Below are positions 10,601-23,325 of a DNA stretch of 64,000 nt, piece after piece (the stretch's first letter is position 1; every line of letters starts with the position of its first letter). The notes below the pieces were generated by a model that was not told the DNA's origin, ran no database searches, and was given only the letters and a program-made list of their open reading frames with translations. Both the position numbers and the translations under genes were made by a program. The stretch is from Macrostomum lignano (Eukaryota): assembly GCA_002269645.1 (NCBI GenBank), contig NIVC01002404.1, positions 1 to 64,000 on the forward strand, in the 5' to 3' direction.

Positions 10601-13483
10601 CTGGGCTTGTGGGGGGGGGGAGTCTCTTGGAGTTGGGCACTGGCTCTGTCTGCCTCAGATTGCTTCCGTTTAGCTTAGCCTGCGTCAGTTGCTAGGCATG
10701 CAGAGCTGCATCAATTGGTACAAATGAAAGCTAATCATATTTTTGCTATGACACATCAACCTGTATTTTTGGCACCCTGAGTACAAACCATTTTTCAAAG
10801 CTGGGATATTATTTCAATCAATTTCATTTCATTTCAATTAGGATTCATGGAAATTCAAGTCTTTTATTGGGTCAAAAATATGCTATTGATAAAAACTAGA
10901 CTATTATATATTGTCATGATGAACAATAGCACTTTTAAGACAACAAAAAGTATCAATCCAACTAAAAATAGATACTTTTGTAATTTTACTCATATGTTGA
11001 ATATTTGTATTTTTAAATGTTAATAACATAACCAACATTGATACTCTAAATAATACAATAAAATAATAGTTCATATACAATATAATCATGGATTAAATAT
11101 TTACAATAGAATGAATAATAATAAATGGAAGTAAAAACCAGCTACAAGCAGAATAAAACTTATTAGTATAATTGAGGCAGGCTTCTTTTCTTTAATAAGA
11201 TTACAAAGACAAAGCCAACAAAAAAACATTTCCTTTTTTGAGTATTTGTGGATACCAATGGCAAATAAAACAAGAACTTTATTTGTACCATGTTTCTCTG
11301 AACATAGAGCATTGTCAGGTAGAATAAAATATTTGTGAGACTAACAAGGTAAGAGAGATGCAATATATATATTATCAATTAGAGCATAGTGTACCAAAAA
11401 GCTAGAATTATACAATAGTAAAATTGCACAGTTGATAGAACTAAAAAATTCTAAGGTGCACACTGCTGCCTCTCCCTGCTAATTGAGCATTAAGAGAGGG
11501 TTTGCAATCTTTAATGTGCAATGCTTCCAATACAGAAAGTTTACTATAGTGCTCAATGCAATTGATAACACTTTAAAATTGTGAGCAAGGTTCACATTAA
11601 CATACTGGTTGCATATGAGTAGATGGTCTTGAATTGTGCTGGCCTTGGTACAGTGTTCCATTATCTAGTAAACAAGTGTTGTTCTGTCTTACCAATGTAA
11701 GGACAGCTTTGCATAAAGCTTTCTATACTTTGGTGCTACCAGCATTAAATTTCAAAAGAAATTAATTGAGATTTGTTGCAAGCATTTTGACTTCAATATC
11801 AGTTGTGTTTTTGGCACTTATAAGCTATGATCCTAGTATTCTCTAGACTAAAAGAGAAATCCTTAATAAAAACAAATATAAAGAATGGAATCAATGATAA
11901 ATACAACTTATTAGTAATTTTGTATTTTAAAAAGATAGGAAAAGAGCCTTATAGACTCAATATAGGGCAAATATGTTATAAAGTAGACTTATAACTTAAG
12001 TAGACTTAGGGCCTAGTAATATAGACTTAACTCAATTATTTAGGTATACTACCAAAACAATACAAGTAGTTAACAATATTTGCACCTATAACTATTATAT
12101 TAGTTGGACAACCTGCTCAAATAAAATGAGTTGTTCACTAGTTTTTATTAGTCAACAATTGTTTATAACTTAAACTAGTTAAACAGTATAAATTCTTAAT
12201 TTGAACTCTATATTTTTTAGATATGAATAAAAAATATTGAATTCTAGTATATTTTATATAAAAAATAAAAATCAATAAAACACTTTTAATTCTTTAAACA
12301 AAAGTTCAAAATATAGGGTGAAAATTAATATTAAGGCCTATAATTTTCAAATTTAATTATTAGCTAGGCTGACAATTTTAATCTTTAATAATTTATAATT
12401 AGAACTTTTATATCATAATTATAAAACATTCTTTAAGCCAAAAAATGCTAGAATTTTTTGCCTTTTTCACTTAGAATTTTGGCATAAACTTTCAACTTGG
12501 TATATAGAACTTTTGGCATAAGTTTAGTATATAGGACATTTATTGGTATACAAAAATAGCCATTTGGTATAGATAGGCCCTTAATCAATATATTAAATAG
12601 TATAGCTTGATTTTGAATATGGAAAACTCATAAAATAGATAAAAACAAGTGAACAACTTTATTAATGAAATAAAAGTAAGACAGTGTAAAGAAACAAGTT
12701 TTTAACTATAAAAAACCTTTGCTTTATTATAAAAACATTATAAAATAAGAGATATGAAAACACTATAAAAGGCTAACAAGTAAATAAGATAACTTGATCA
12801 CTAAATTGCTATTATATCAGAGGACAAAAAACAAATCCAGAAATTCATTCTAGACAAATCTAGAAACAAATCTAGTAATCTGTAATCTAGTAAATCTAGT
12901 AATCTGAAACAAATCTAGAAATTCAATCTAGAGCCTGTAATTTTTAATCAGCCAGAAAAAGTATCAAATTTAAAGTATAAAACTAATGTATGAATATGAA
13001 CTACAACTATAGTCTATAAGTTATAACTTAATTAGTATATGATGATTACATTACAACTACTGAACTGTGTTGGTTTATCAACTGACAAAAACAAGAACAA
13101 ATGGGAATACTCTATTGAATTTGGTAATTCGGTTAAAGATAACCTCTTAGTAGAACACAAACAAACAGGTCGCATAATAATTGGCAAAAATTATTGTGAC
13201 GAGGAAGTTAAATTTTCGTACTTTACTAAATAAATATTTTTGTGCTAAAATTTGGATAATCAGAAATGTTTTTTTGACCTATTATGCTACCTAAATATTG
13301 TTTTCGTGTGAATATATTGTGACGGTAAAAAAGACTTTCGTTTTTCTCGTTGTCACCAAGGCAACTTATTTTAAGATGTGTAAAATCGAGAAATATCGAA
13401 CATTATTACCAAAGGCAAGGCCTGCAAATCTATAGATGTGAGAAACATTCTGATTTTCACAAATTCTTTTTCGAAATTTATTA

Positions 13484-15511
13484 ATGGCAGACTCCGAGTC
13501 AACTAGCGAGTTCGAGAGCGAGACTGTGGACGATCCTATCCAGAATTTAAGTAACGAAAAGCTGTATGAGCTTCTGCAAAATATTCTGTAAGTACATGTA
13601 CGTCTTACATGTACATGAATTGTTTTCTTATATTCTTTTGATTGAAAAGTTATGTTTTATTATATTTTTTCAATTTAAATATCTAGCTGTATTGTAAAAT
13701 TGTTTCGGGTCATGTTCATAAATATAAGCTTGTCAATATCATTTATACTAGAAACAGAATGATCGTCAATTTGTCAAAACCATGAAAGCAAATATTTTTT
13801 TAATAATTCAAACGTGCTCAGCACAGAGAACGAGAAGCTTACGATGGAGAACGAGATGTTTGAGAAATTTCTTCGACGAGTGGAGCCGAACGCGCTTGGC
13901 GGAGGTGCAGGCTTGCTCGGATCCTCCACGGCGTCTCAGGCCTCGCAGCAGGAGGCGGCGCCAACCCGCGGCGTGCGCAAACGCAGCCGAAGCAAGGGCT
14001 CCGCCTCGGAGCGGACTCTGCGACTGACCGCTGAGCAGAAATGCGACATTGCGCAGCGCGAGATTGAGGAACTCCGAGAGGAGCTCAAGCGAATGGAAGG
14101 CGATTGCGAGAAGGTGAGCCATAGTGTAGCAAATTTGTTGTATCTTTACTTGTAAGATACGTACTAGCTTATCTGCTAGATGCATAGTCTATAGTTTATA
14201 TAGTACGTAACTGCCAGATACAGTTAATACCGGTTTATCCACTAAGCTGGGTTGTTTGGTGTATATTGATGTCAACGGCATCTGATCGACAATTGGTTTT
14301 GGCAACCTGACTAGGGACCAAAGGGCCAAAACGTCATTAAAGATTTTTAGTCGGATACTCAGTTGCCGTGTCTAATACGCTCGTACTATAGATTAATTTC
14401 AAATACTCCTTTTGTTTTCAGTATTATAGATCACGCTGACATTGTGATAGTCATAATAGTGACTTTGTGTATTTGAGTTTAGTTTTGTAACTCGTTTCGC
14501 TTGATCGATTAGTCCATACGTTCATTTCATACGTTCACTCGGTATATTTGAAGTATACTGCAGTACAAGCAGTCATTCCGTCTTGCCCACAACGCAGATC
14601 ATCGACAAGAAGTTGGCCATGATCGAGGAGACGCAGGTGCGGGCTATCGAGATTAAAAAGTTCGAGCACGAATTCCATCGCGACGTCATCGTTGGCGGAG
14701 TCAGCAAGCGAACTGGCAAGGTTGAATGCGAGAAATTCGAGCGCCATCATCGCGACCTGATCGGCAAGCGGCACGCGCTGATCAACAAGCTGGTGCTGAA
14801 GAACCAGGCCTTGAAGGTGTCCCTGAGGAAACTCAAATCACAACTCCGCCAGAAAGAGGAAATGGGCGACGTCCTGTCCAAGGTGGACTTCGATCAGCTG
14901 AAGATCGAGAACTCACAGTACATGGACAAAATAGACGAGAAGAATCAAGAGCTGCTCAAACTGAAGCTCATGGCTGGTCGTACGCTTCAAGTGCTGAATC
15001 AGCACAAGAAGAAGCTGGCCTTTCTTAACAAAGAACTGGACCGCATCAAAGCGGACATTCAGCAGCGCAACGACCTGCTTAGAAGGGTGGACGCTGAGGC
15101 GACCATCGCCGAGGAGGTGAGAAGCAGTTGGAAATGGCGCGCTTTCACCAAAACTAGCTTTGGCAGACTGGTAGCTTAACCTCTGGATCTGGGAGGGGTT
15201 AGCGGCAAAGTCTGAGGAGTTGAGGATCTAAGAGAGTGGAAACACCGCATCCCAGTCTAGGCGTAAGCAAACCAAAAAATACTGAAAACCCACAGGAGCG
15301 ACTCAAAGCCGAGGTGATCAACAGACGACTCCGCGAGCAGCTCTCGGACTACAAGGTGCCGGAGGTGCTGGAATACGTCAACTGCATGGCCGATCTGTAC
15401 GAGCTGCAGAAGAAGGAGCGCATCTGGGACCGGAAAGTAGACATCGCCAAGATGGCTGTGGACAGGCACCAGCGAATCTGGAAGCAGATCGCCAAGGACA
15501 GTCAGAAGTAG
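13484..15511 (+). CDS. CCDC113: Coiled-coil domain-containing protein 113 (CFAP263, ciliary); exons 13484-13587, 13822-14113, 14598-15116, 15296-15511
   Basis: Motifs ENEMFEKFL, LRLTAEQKCDIAQRE, KEEMGDVLSKVDFDQLKIEN, YKVPEVLEYV, WDRKVDIA match the CCDC113 family as I recall it. Junctions are GT-AG and phase-consistent. Confidence 0.88.
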
Positions 15512-15859
15512 TAGTCTGAACTGATGAAGACAAAGCTTCAGGACAAGACGCGAAGCCTAAAATTACCAAAACTATTGTCCTATAATCATGCAGATTTTAG
15601 CTCGTAAACTAAGACTTATGCACAAATGGTATGCCACTGTTTTTAGTTACGTGTAGAGAATACTCTATTATGTAAACTACCAAACAGAAATTGCACAGCC
15701 TTTTAAAATATTTACAACTAAATCATTGCTTTCGTCTTCCTTGTATTCATTATTAATAGATCAAACTCAGGGACTTGAAAGTGTACAAGTTTACAAGTAA
15801 CATTTATAACTGTTTACAGCATAGCTCGTATTAGCTAACAACCGACACCACTTCCGCAA

Positions 15860-16185
15860 ACGTCACAAATTCCGCAACCGTCGCAACTTCCACAACCTGA
15901 ACAACTTTGCAACAGTCACAACTTTTGCAACAGTCACAACTTCCACAACAGTCACAACTTCCGCAACCGTCACAACTTTTGCAACAGTCACAACTTTTGC
16001 AACAGTCACAACTTCCACAACAGTCACAACTTCCGCAACTGTCACAACTTCCGCAACTGTCACAACTTTTGCAACAGTCACAACTTCTGCAACAGTCACA
16101 ACTTCCGCAACCGTCACAACTTTTGCAACAGTCACAACTTCCGCAACAGTCACAACTTCCGCAACAGTCACAACTTCCGACACCT
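15860..16185. repeat. 18-bp minisatellite (ACAGTCACAACTTCCGCA) between the convergent 3' ends of CCDC113 and EXOSC3
   Basis: About 17 tandem copies. Confidence 0.95.
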
Positions 16186-16697
16186 CAGCTCCACTACAAT
16201 GAAATCTTGGGAACCAAACAGAAAATTCGAAATAAACAGCTGAAATGAAACAAAAACGCTACAGTCTTAGTTAGACACTGTGATCTTATCAAGTCAATGA
16301 ATTAAGCAAGCTGCAGTCTCACACTTGTGTTTTGGGCTAGCGTACGAAATGCATTTTAATAAGTTTGATAATGGGATACAAGCGTAAAACAGACTTGAAC
16401 TGCTGAGATGAAACGCTGAACGCAGCGATGGTCTAGATGACAATTATTGATACAGATAAACAGTCGCCAAAGAAACCGAATGCCGTTGCTATGGGAACAG
16501 TAAATATAAATGTGTTGCCAAAAGAAACAGCATCCCGGCAGCAGTTACCATGGAGACGGACGATAGCGCACGGAATCGAATCAGGAGTCGCGGAGCCAGA
16601 CAGTCGCTGCTCTGTCCCCCCAGGTTGGCTAACTGGCTGTCCCTACAAAACATATCGAAGAAATACGGGCGTTACCATGGAAACCATTCACAGGCGA

Positions 16698-18193
16698 TCA
16701 GCTCCGAACGCCGTTGCCAAGGCCCAAAGTCCGCTGCATTTCGGCCACCAATTTTTGGCACTCCTCGTCCGGGCGCTGGTGAAACGAGGCCACTGCACCG
16801 GTCATGGCAACTGTGTGCGGCCAGGACGAGCCGCAGAGCCACAGGCGGCCGTTCAGGCCAACGGTGGCTTCGCACTTGCCCAGCTGATCCAGCAGGCCCA
16901 GCAGTCGCCGCTTATCGGCCAGCAGGCGTCTGGCAAGCGACGGCGGCACAACAACCAGCGTCCCGGAGTCGCGGCCGACAACGCCCAGGGTGTCCGACCG
17001 GCCGTTCGAGTCCACGCAGACGAGCTCGGGCTCGAGGCCGGGGTCGCAGCGGGCCAGGCGGGCGTAGACCAAGTCGCCAAGTCGGACATCCGCCCGGTTG
17101 CGCTTGGTGGCGTTCTCGAAGCTGAGCAAGCTGAGGCTGGCCGGCTCAGAGCTGCCGATGTCCACCTGCGATGGGGTTGCGTGCAGCTTGTAGTATGACT
17201 CACTCACTGCTTGTCTGACTGTCTGATGTGACTCAGTCACTTTGTGTGCGTCTGTCCGCCTTATGTGCGGCCTGCCTAAGGTGACTGTCTCAGTGTCTGT
17301 CTCAGTGTCTGTCTCAGTGTCTGTCTCAGTGTCTGTCTCAGTGTCTGTCTCAGTGTCTGTCTCAGTGTCTGTCTCAGTGTCTGTCTCAGTGTCTGTCTCA
17401 GTGTCTGTCTCAATGTCTGTCTCAGTGTCTGTCTCAGTGTCTGTCTCAGTGTCTGTCTCAATGTCTGTCTCAGTGTCTGTCTCAGTGTCTGTCTCAATGT
17501 TTGTCTCAGTGTCTGTCTCAGTGTCTGTCTTAGTATCTGTCTCAGTGCCTGTCTCAGTGTCTGTCTCAATGTCTGTCTCAGTGCCTGTCTCAGTGTCTGT
17601 CTCAATGTTTGTCTCAGTGTCTGTCTTAGTATCTGTCTCAGTGCCTGTCTCAGTGTTTGCCTCAGTGCCTGTTTTAGTGACTGTCTCAGTGTCTGTCTCA
17701 GTCTCTGTCTCAGTGCCTGTCTCAGTGTTTGCCTCAGTGTCTGCTTTAATGAATTTCTTTAGTGCCTATCTGTCTGCCTAGCTGTCTTCAGGCCAGCAGC
17801 AGCAGCACCACCATCACTCACCAGCACTGCGTCGCCCATAGACCGGCGGGCCACCACACCGATGACGCAGTCGCCGCGCGCCGGCTGATATCGACCACCC
17901 GGGCAGTCCAGCCAGAAGCTGCGGCCGCGCTGTCGCAGGTAGCCTGACCGAGTGGCTCGAACTTCGAACTCAATAGAATCGTCGTTGCTTAATAGCGCCC
18001 GGAGACCCACGCCCAGCACGCACTTGGCATCGGAGCCGGCTGGCTCGCTGAAGGCCAAGTCGCCGGGCAGCAGCAGCCGTTCGACGTCGCCGTCGGCGGC
18101 ATCGTCGGCTTCTTCGCCCTCCTCCATGGACTCCTCGCCGAAGTCTTCATCGGGGTCGCGATTGATGAGCTTTTTAGCGTCGGCAACTTCCAT
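16698..18193 (-). CDS. EXOSC3: Exosome complex component RRP40; exons 18193-17822 and 17165-16698
   Basis: The spliced peptide RYQPARGDCVIGVV...GDAVL|VDIGSSEPASLSLLSFENATKRNRADVRLGDLVYARL...EPELVC...VGLNGRLW is the RRP40 S1/KH signature. Donor CTG|GTGAGT, acceptor CGCAG|GTG. Confidence 0.95.
17283..17745. repeat. 12-bp minisatellite (GTGTCTGTCTCA) in the EXOSC3 intron
   Basis: More than 35 tandem copies, degenerating towards 17745. Confidence 0.95.
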
Positions 18194-18216
18194 TGTGGAT
18201 TGCAGCGGGTGTGCAT

Positions 18217-18310
18217 TGATAGCCTGCACTGCTGTACATTGATAGCCTGCACTGCTGTACATTGATAGCCTGCACTGCTGTACATTGATAGCCTGCACTG
18301 CTGTACGTTG
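18217..18310. repeat. 23-bp tandem repeat x4 (GATAGCCTGCACTGCTGTACATT) just upstream of the EXOSC3 ATG
   Basis: Direct tandem copies. Confidence 0.9.
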
Positions 18311-18699
18311 ATACCACAAAGGATTTTAACGACTAGCCGAAACGCAATTTTATAATTAAGAGGACCATTTATTGCGATTAGGGCCAAGTGATTAATTGGC
18401 ATGAGTACGAGTACATCGTAGAGCTTGAAGTAAAAATGTGAAAGATAGGCACTTGAGGGAACTAAATATAGTGAAAGAAATCTGTAGCAAATCAGCTTAG
18501 GAAAAATCAATAAGTACAATATCAATATAAGTACTGCTCCTCGAAATTTAATTGGAAGGAATGATCAGATACAGTAAGTGTACAGTTAAAGGCGTTTATC
18601 TGTAAGCTGACTTAATGAATGAAAGTAACATTTATTAATACGAACTGGAAAGTTACAGGCCGAATATATTACCTTTACAAGAGCTCGTAAGCTATTTGC

Positions 18700-18795
18700 T
18701 CATACATACTGCTCATCTACATCTACTGCTCATGCATACTGATCATCTACATCTACTGCTCATGCATACTGATCATCTACATCTACTGCTCATGC
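18700..18795. repeat. 30-bp tandem repeat x~3 (ACTGCTCATGCATACTGATCATCTACATCT)
   Basis: Direct tandem copies. Confidence 0.85.
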
Positions 18796-18849
18796 ACACA
18801 GAATGACTGCTCATACACAGAGCGATTGCTAGTGCATCATTACGCCATC

Positions 18850-20835
18850 TGATCAGTGCGGATCAGAGCACACCAGCCCTCCCTGATCAGTGTAGATCAG
18901 AGCACACCAGCCCTCCCTGATCAGTGCGGATCAGAGCACACCAGCCCTCCCTGATCAGTGTAGATCAGAGCACACCAGCCCTCCCTGATCAGTGTAGATC
19001 AGAGCACACCAGCCCTCCCTGATCAGTGCGGATCAGAGCACACCAGCCCTCCCTGATCAGTGTGGATCAGAGCACACCAGCCCTCCCTGATCAGTGTGGA
19101 TCAGAGCACACCAGCCCTCCCTGATCAGTGCGGATCAGAGCACACCAGCCCTCCCTGATCAGTGTAGATCAGAGCACACCAGCCCTCCCTGATCAGTGCG
19201 GATCAGAGCACACCAGCCCTCCCTGATCAGTGTAGATCAGAGCACACCAGCCCTCCCTGATCAGTGTAGATCAGAGCACACCAGCCCTCCCTGATCAGTG
19301 CGGATCAGAGCACACCAGCCCTCCCTGATCAGTGTAGATCAGAGCACACCAGCCCTCCCTGATCAGTGTAGATCAGAGCACACCAGCCCTCCCTGATCAG
19401 TGTAGATCAGAGCACACCAGCCCTCCCTGATCAGTGTGGATCAGAGCACACCAGCCCTCCCTGATCAGTGTGGATCAGAGCACACCAGCCCTCCCTGATC
19501 AGTGCGGATCAGAGCACACCAGCCCTCCCTGATCAGTGCGGATCAGAGCACACCAGCCCTCCCTGATCAGTGTAGATCAGAGCACACCAGCCCTCCCTGA
19601 TCAGTGTGGATCAGAGCACACCAGCCCTCCCTGATCAGTGCGGATCAGAGCACACCAGCCCTCCCTGATCAGTGCGGATCAGAGCACACCAGCCCTCCCT
19701 GATCAGTGTAGATCAGAGCACACCAGCCCTCCCTGATCAGTGTAGATCAGAGCACACCAGCCCTCCCTGATCAGTGTGGATCAGAGCACACCAGCCCTCC
19801 CTGATCAGTGTGGATCAGAGCACACCAGCCCTCCCTGATCAGTGTAGATCAGAGCACACCAGCCCTCCCTGATCAGTGTAGATCAGAGCACACCAGCCCT
19901 CCCTGATCAGTGTGGATCAGAGCACACCAGCCCTCCCTGATCAGTGCGGATCAGAGCACACCAGCCCTCCCTGATCAGTGTGGATCAGAGCACACCAGCC
20001 CTCCCTGATCAGTGCAGATCAGAGCACACCAGCCCTCCCTGATCAGTGTGGATCAGAGCACACCAGCCCTCCCTGATCAGTGTGGATCAGAGCACACCAG
20101 CCCTCCCTGATCAGGGGGGGTTTCACAAACTCGAAATTTCACAACGTCGAAAGCACCTTCTTTCACAAGGTCGAAATTTCACAAGGTCGAAATTTCATAA
20201 CATCGAAAACTCAAATAGCAGCCACTTTCACAAGGTCGAAACTTCACAAGGTCGAAATTTCACAACATCGAAAACTTTAGCAAAGGACTTCATAAGGTCG
20301 AAAATTCACAAGGTCGAAATTTCACAACATCGAAAACTTTAGCAAGAGACTTCATAAGGTCGAAATTTCATAAGGTCGAAATTTCACAACGTAGAAAACT
20401 ACTGTATGGTTCTTGATAGATAAAATTTTCGACTTTGTGAAATTTCGAGCTTATGAAGTTTCGACCTTGTGAAAGTGGCTGCACTTGAGTTTTCGATGTT
20501 ATGAAATTTCGACCTTATGAAATCTCTTGCTAGATTTTTCGATGTTGTGAAATTTCGACCTTGTGAAGTTTCTACCTTGTGAAAGTGGCTGCTATTTGAG
20601 TTTTCGATGTTGTGAAATTTCGACCTTATGAAATTTCGACCTTATGAAGTCTCTTGCTAAAGTTTTCGATGTTGTGAAATTTCGACCTTGTGAAGTTTCG
20701 ACCTTGTGAAATAATTTACTTTTCGACGTTGTGAAATTTCGACCTTGTGAAAGCACCCCCCTGATCAGTGTGGATCAGAGCACACCAGCCCTCCCTGATC
20801 AGTGTGGATCAGAGCACACCAGCCCTCCCTGATCA
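18850..20835. repeat. 34-bp minisatellite (GATCAGAGCACACCAGCCCTCCCTGATCAGTG(C/T)(A/G)), interrupted by an insertion at 20114-20761
   Basis: About 37 copies left of the insertion and ~2 right of it. Units vary almost only at two positions; there are no spacers. Confidence 0.95.
20114..20761. mobile_element. 648-bp foldback/MITE element whose long inverted arms are built of AGGTCGAAATTTCACA subrepeats
   Basis: Left end GGGGGGGTTTCACAAACTCGAAATTTCACAACGTCGAAAG; right end TTTCGACGTTGTGAAATTTCGACCTTGTGAAAGCACCCCCC. TGATCA flanks both sides (20108-20113, 20762-20767). Confidence 0.88.
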
Positions 20836-23325
20836 GTCAGCTGGAAGACGCGCAGCTCGTCGGCCGCGAACACCGGCAGACGGCCGGCCGCGGCTGCCCG
20901 ACCTTCGGCAAGCAGACGGGCGACGCCGGCATTGTCCAGCAGCGGACTGAAGTGATTGAGCACCAGAGCCTTGGCGCCCACTCGGCAGGCGAACTCAGCA
21001 GCCATAGCCGGAGTTGAATGGCCACTGGACACGCAGGAATCTCGGCGCGACTCGCCCACCGTGGCCTCGTGTACAAGACAGTCGACACCGCGGCAGAGCG
21101 ACTCGGCCAGCTGGGAGTCGCAGGTGTCGCCCAGAACAGCCAGGACTGGCCCGCCAATGTCGATGCGGTAGCCAACGCAGGGGATTCGATGGCGCAGCGG
21201 GGCGGCGCTGAGGCGGTCGCAAACTCGCCAGATGCCGCCGCCGTCGGGTGCAGCGCATTGGATCTGCGAGTTGGAGAGAAACAGATGCATTTTTTGAATG
21301 TGTAAGTTAACTGTATGCTACTTAAATAGCCACATGCTACTAGCGGGCAGTAATATATAAAGAGGAATAAGTAGACGCGAATAAACAGATCGTAAATAAA
21401 TAGAACGTGAATAAACAGACTGTGAATAGACAGACTGTAAAAAAACAGACCTTGAATAAACAGATCGTAAAAACAGACCGTGAATAAACAGACCGTAAAT
21501 AGACAGACCGTGAATAAACAGACCGTGAATGAACAGACCGTGAATGAATAGGTCACGAAAAGACAGACCGTGAACAGACAAAACGTGAATAAACAGACCG
21601 TGAATAGTCAGATCGTGAATAAACAGACCGTGAATAAACAGACCGTGAATAGACAGACCGTGAATAGACAGACCGTGAATAGACAGACCGTGAATAGTCA
21701 GATCGTGAATAAACAGACCGTGAATAAACAGACCGTGAATAAACAGATCGTGAATAAACAGACCGTGAATAAACAGACCGTGAATAGACAGACCGTGAAT
21801 AGTCAGATCGTGAATAAACAGACCGTGAATAAACAGACCGTGAATAGACAGACCGTGAATAGACAGACCGTGAATAGACAGACCGTGAATAAACAGAGCG
21901 TGAATAAACAGACCGTGAAAAGACAGATCGTGAATAAACAGACCGTGAATAAACAGACGGCGAATAAACAGACTGTGAGTAGACAGACTGAATAAACAGA
22001 TCGTAAAAACAGTCATGAATAAACAGACCGTGAATTAATAGGTCACGAAAAGACAGACCGTGAATAAACAGACCGTGAAAAAACAGACCGTGAATAGACA
22101 GACCGTGAAAAGACAGATCGTGAATAAACAGACCGTGAATAAACAGACCGTGAAAAGACAGATCGTGAATAAACAGACCGTGAATAAACAGACGGCGAAT
22201 AAACAGACTGTGAGTAGACAGACTGAATAAACAGATCGTAAAAACAGTCATGAATAAACAGACCGTGAATTAATAGGTCACGAAAAGACAGACCGTGAAC
22301 AGACAGACCGTGAATAAACAGACCGTGAATAAACAGACCGTGAAAAGACAGACCGTGAATAGACAGACCGTGAATAGACAGACCGTGAATAAACAGACCG
22401 TGAATAGACAGACCGTGAACAGACAGACCGTGAATAAACAGACCGTGAATAAACAGACCGTGAATAAACAGACCGTGAATAAACAGACCGTGAATAAACA
22501 GACCGTGAATAGACAGACCGTGAATAAACAGACCGTGAATAAACAGACCGTGAATAGACAGACCGTGGACAGACAGACCGTGAATAAACAGACCGTGAAT
22601 AAACAGACCGTGAATAGACAGACCGTGAATAGACAGACCGTGAAAAGACAGATCGTGAATAAACAGACCGTGAATAAACAGACCGTGAATAAACAGACCG
22701 TGAATAAACAGACCGTGAAAAACAGATCGTGAATAAACAGACCGTGAATAAACAGAAGATAAATAAACATACTAGTGTTCAGAATGAACAGCCAATGATG
22801 AGCCAATGGAAATGAACAAGACTGAAATGCACCAGGCCGCAGACTCACAGGCTCCGTCACATCCTCATAGGGCAGAGGCGGGAACTCGGGAGCCCGCAGG
22901 ATCAGATCTTCCAGCTCGGCCGAGCCCGGGCTACTAGGCGGCATCAGCGACGGCACGCCGGCCAGCTCCCGCAGGCGCAGCCGGACGCCGTTCCGGGCGT
23001 CAGTTCGCGTCAGAGCCAGACTGGTGCGCAGCAGCTGACGAATGCCGGACGGTCCAACCACCTCCAGCGTGCTGTCGGGAGCTGCCCGCCCCGCCACGGT
23101 GCTGAGCAGGCCGGGCAGGCCGTAGGTGTGATCGCCGTGCAGGTGAGTGACGGCAATGCGGCTGACCCGCCGCCTGTCCAGGCCAGATCTGACCAGCTGA
23201 ACCTGGGCGGACTCGCCGCAGTCAACCAGCCAGCAGTCGCCGTCGGCGTGGAACCTGACAGCGAGACAGGCCGTGTGCCGGTGAGGCGCCGGAAATGACG
23301 AACCGGTGCCGAGGAATACGAGATC
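20799..23325 (-). CDS. ELAC1: tRNase Z short form (ELAC1-type metallo-beta-lactamase); exons 23325-22849 and 21263-20799; start unresolved
   Basis: Motifs DLVFLGTGSSFP, WLVDCGE, THLHGDH, HRIPCVGY, VLGDT, VHEAT, GHST, NHFS. Donor CCT|GTGAGT and acceptor TCGCAG|ATC are in phase 0. Confidence 0.9.
21370..22760. repeat. 15-bp minisatellite (GAATAAACAGACCGT) filling the ELAC1 intron
   Basis: Many tandem copies over ~1.4 kb, with a duplicated block of variant units. Confidence 0.95.

Noticed and set aside
15863-17781. ORFs such as (VVTVAE)n, (QQSQLL)n, (VS)n and (RQTL)n
   Set aside because: Stop-free readings of the 18-bp and 12-bp tandem repeats.
18850-20835. 34-bp array with a palindromic core as a CRISPR array
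   Set aside because: Units are directly adjacent with no unique spacers, there are no cas genes, and the context is eukaryotic.
21318-22732. Long His-rich or (SVYSR)n / (VNKQT)n ORFs
   Set aside because: Artefacts of the 15-bp intronic repeat in ELAC1.
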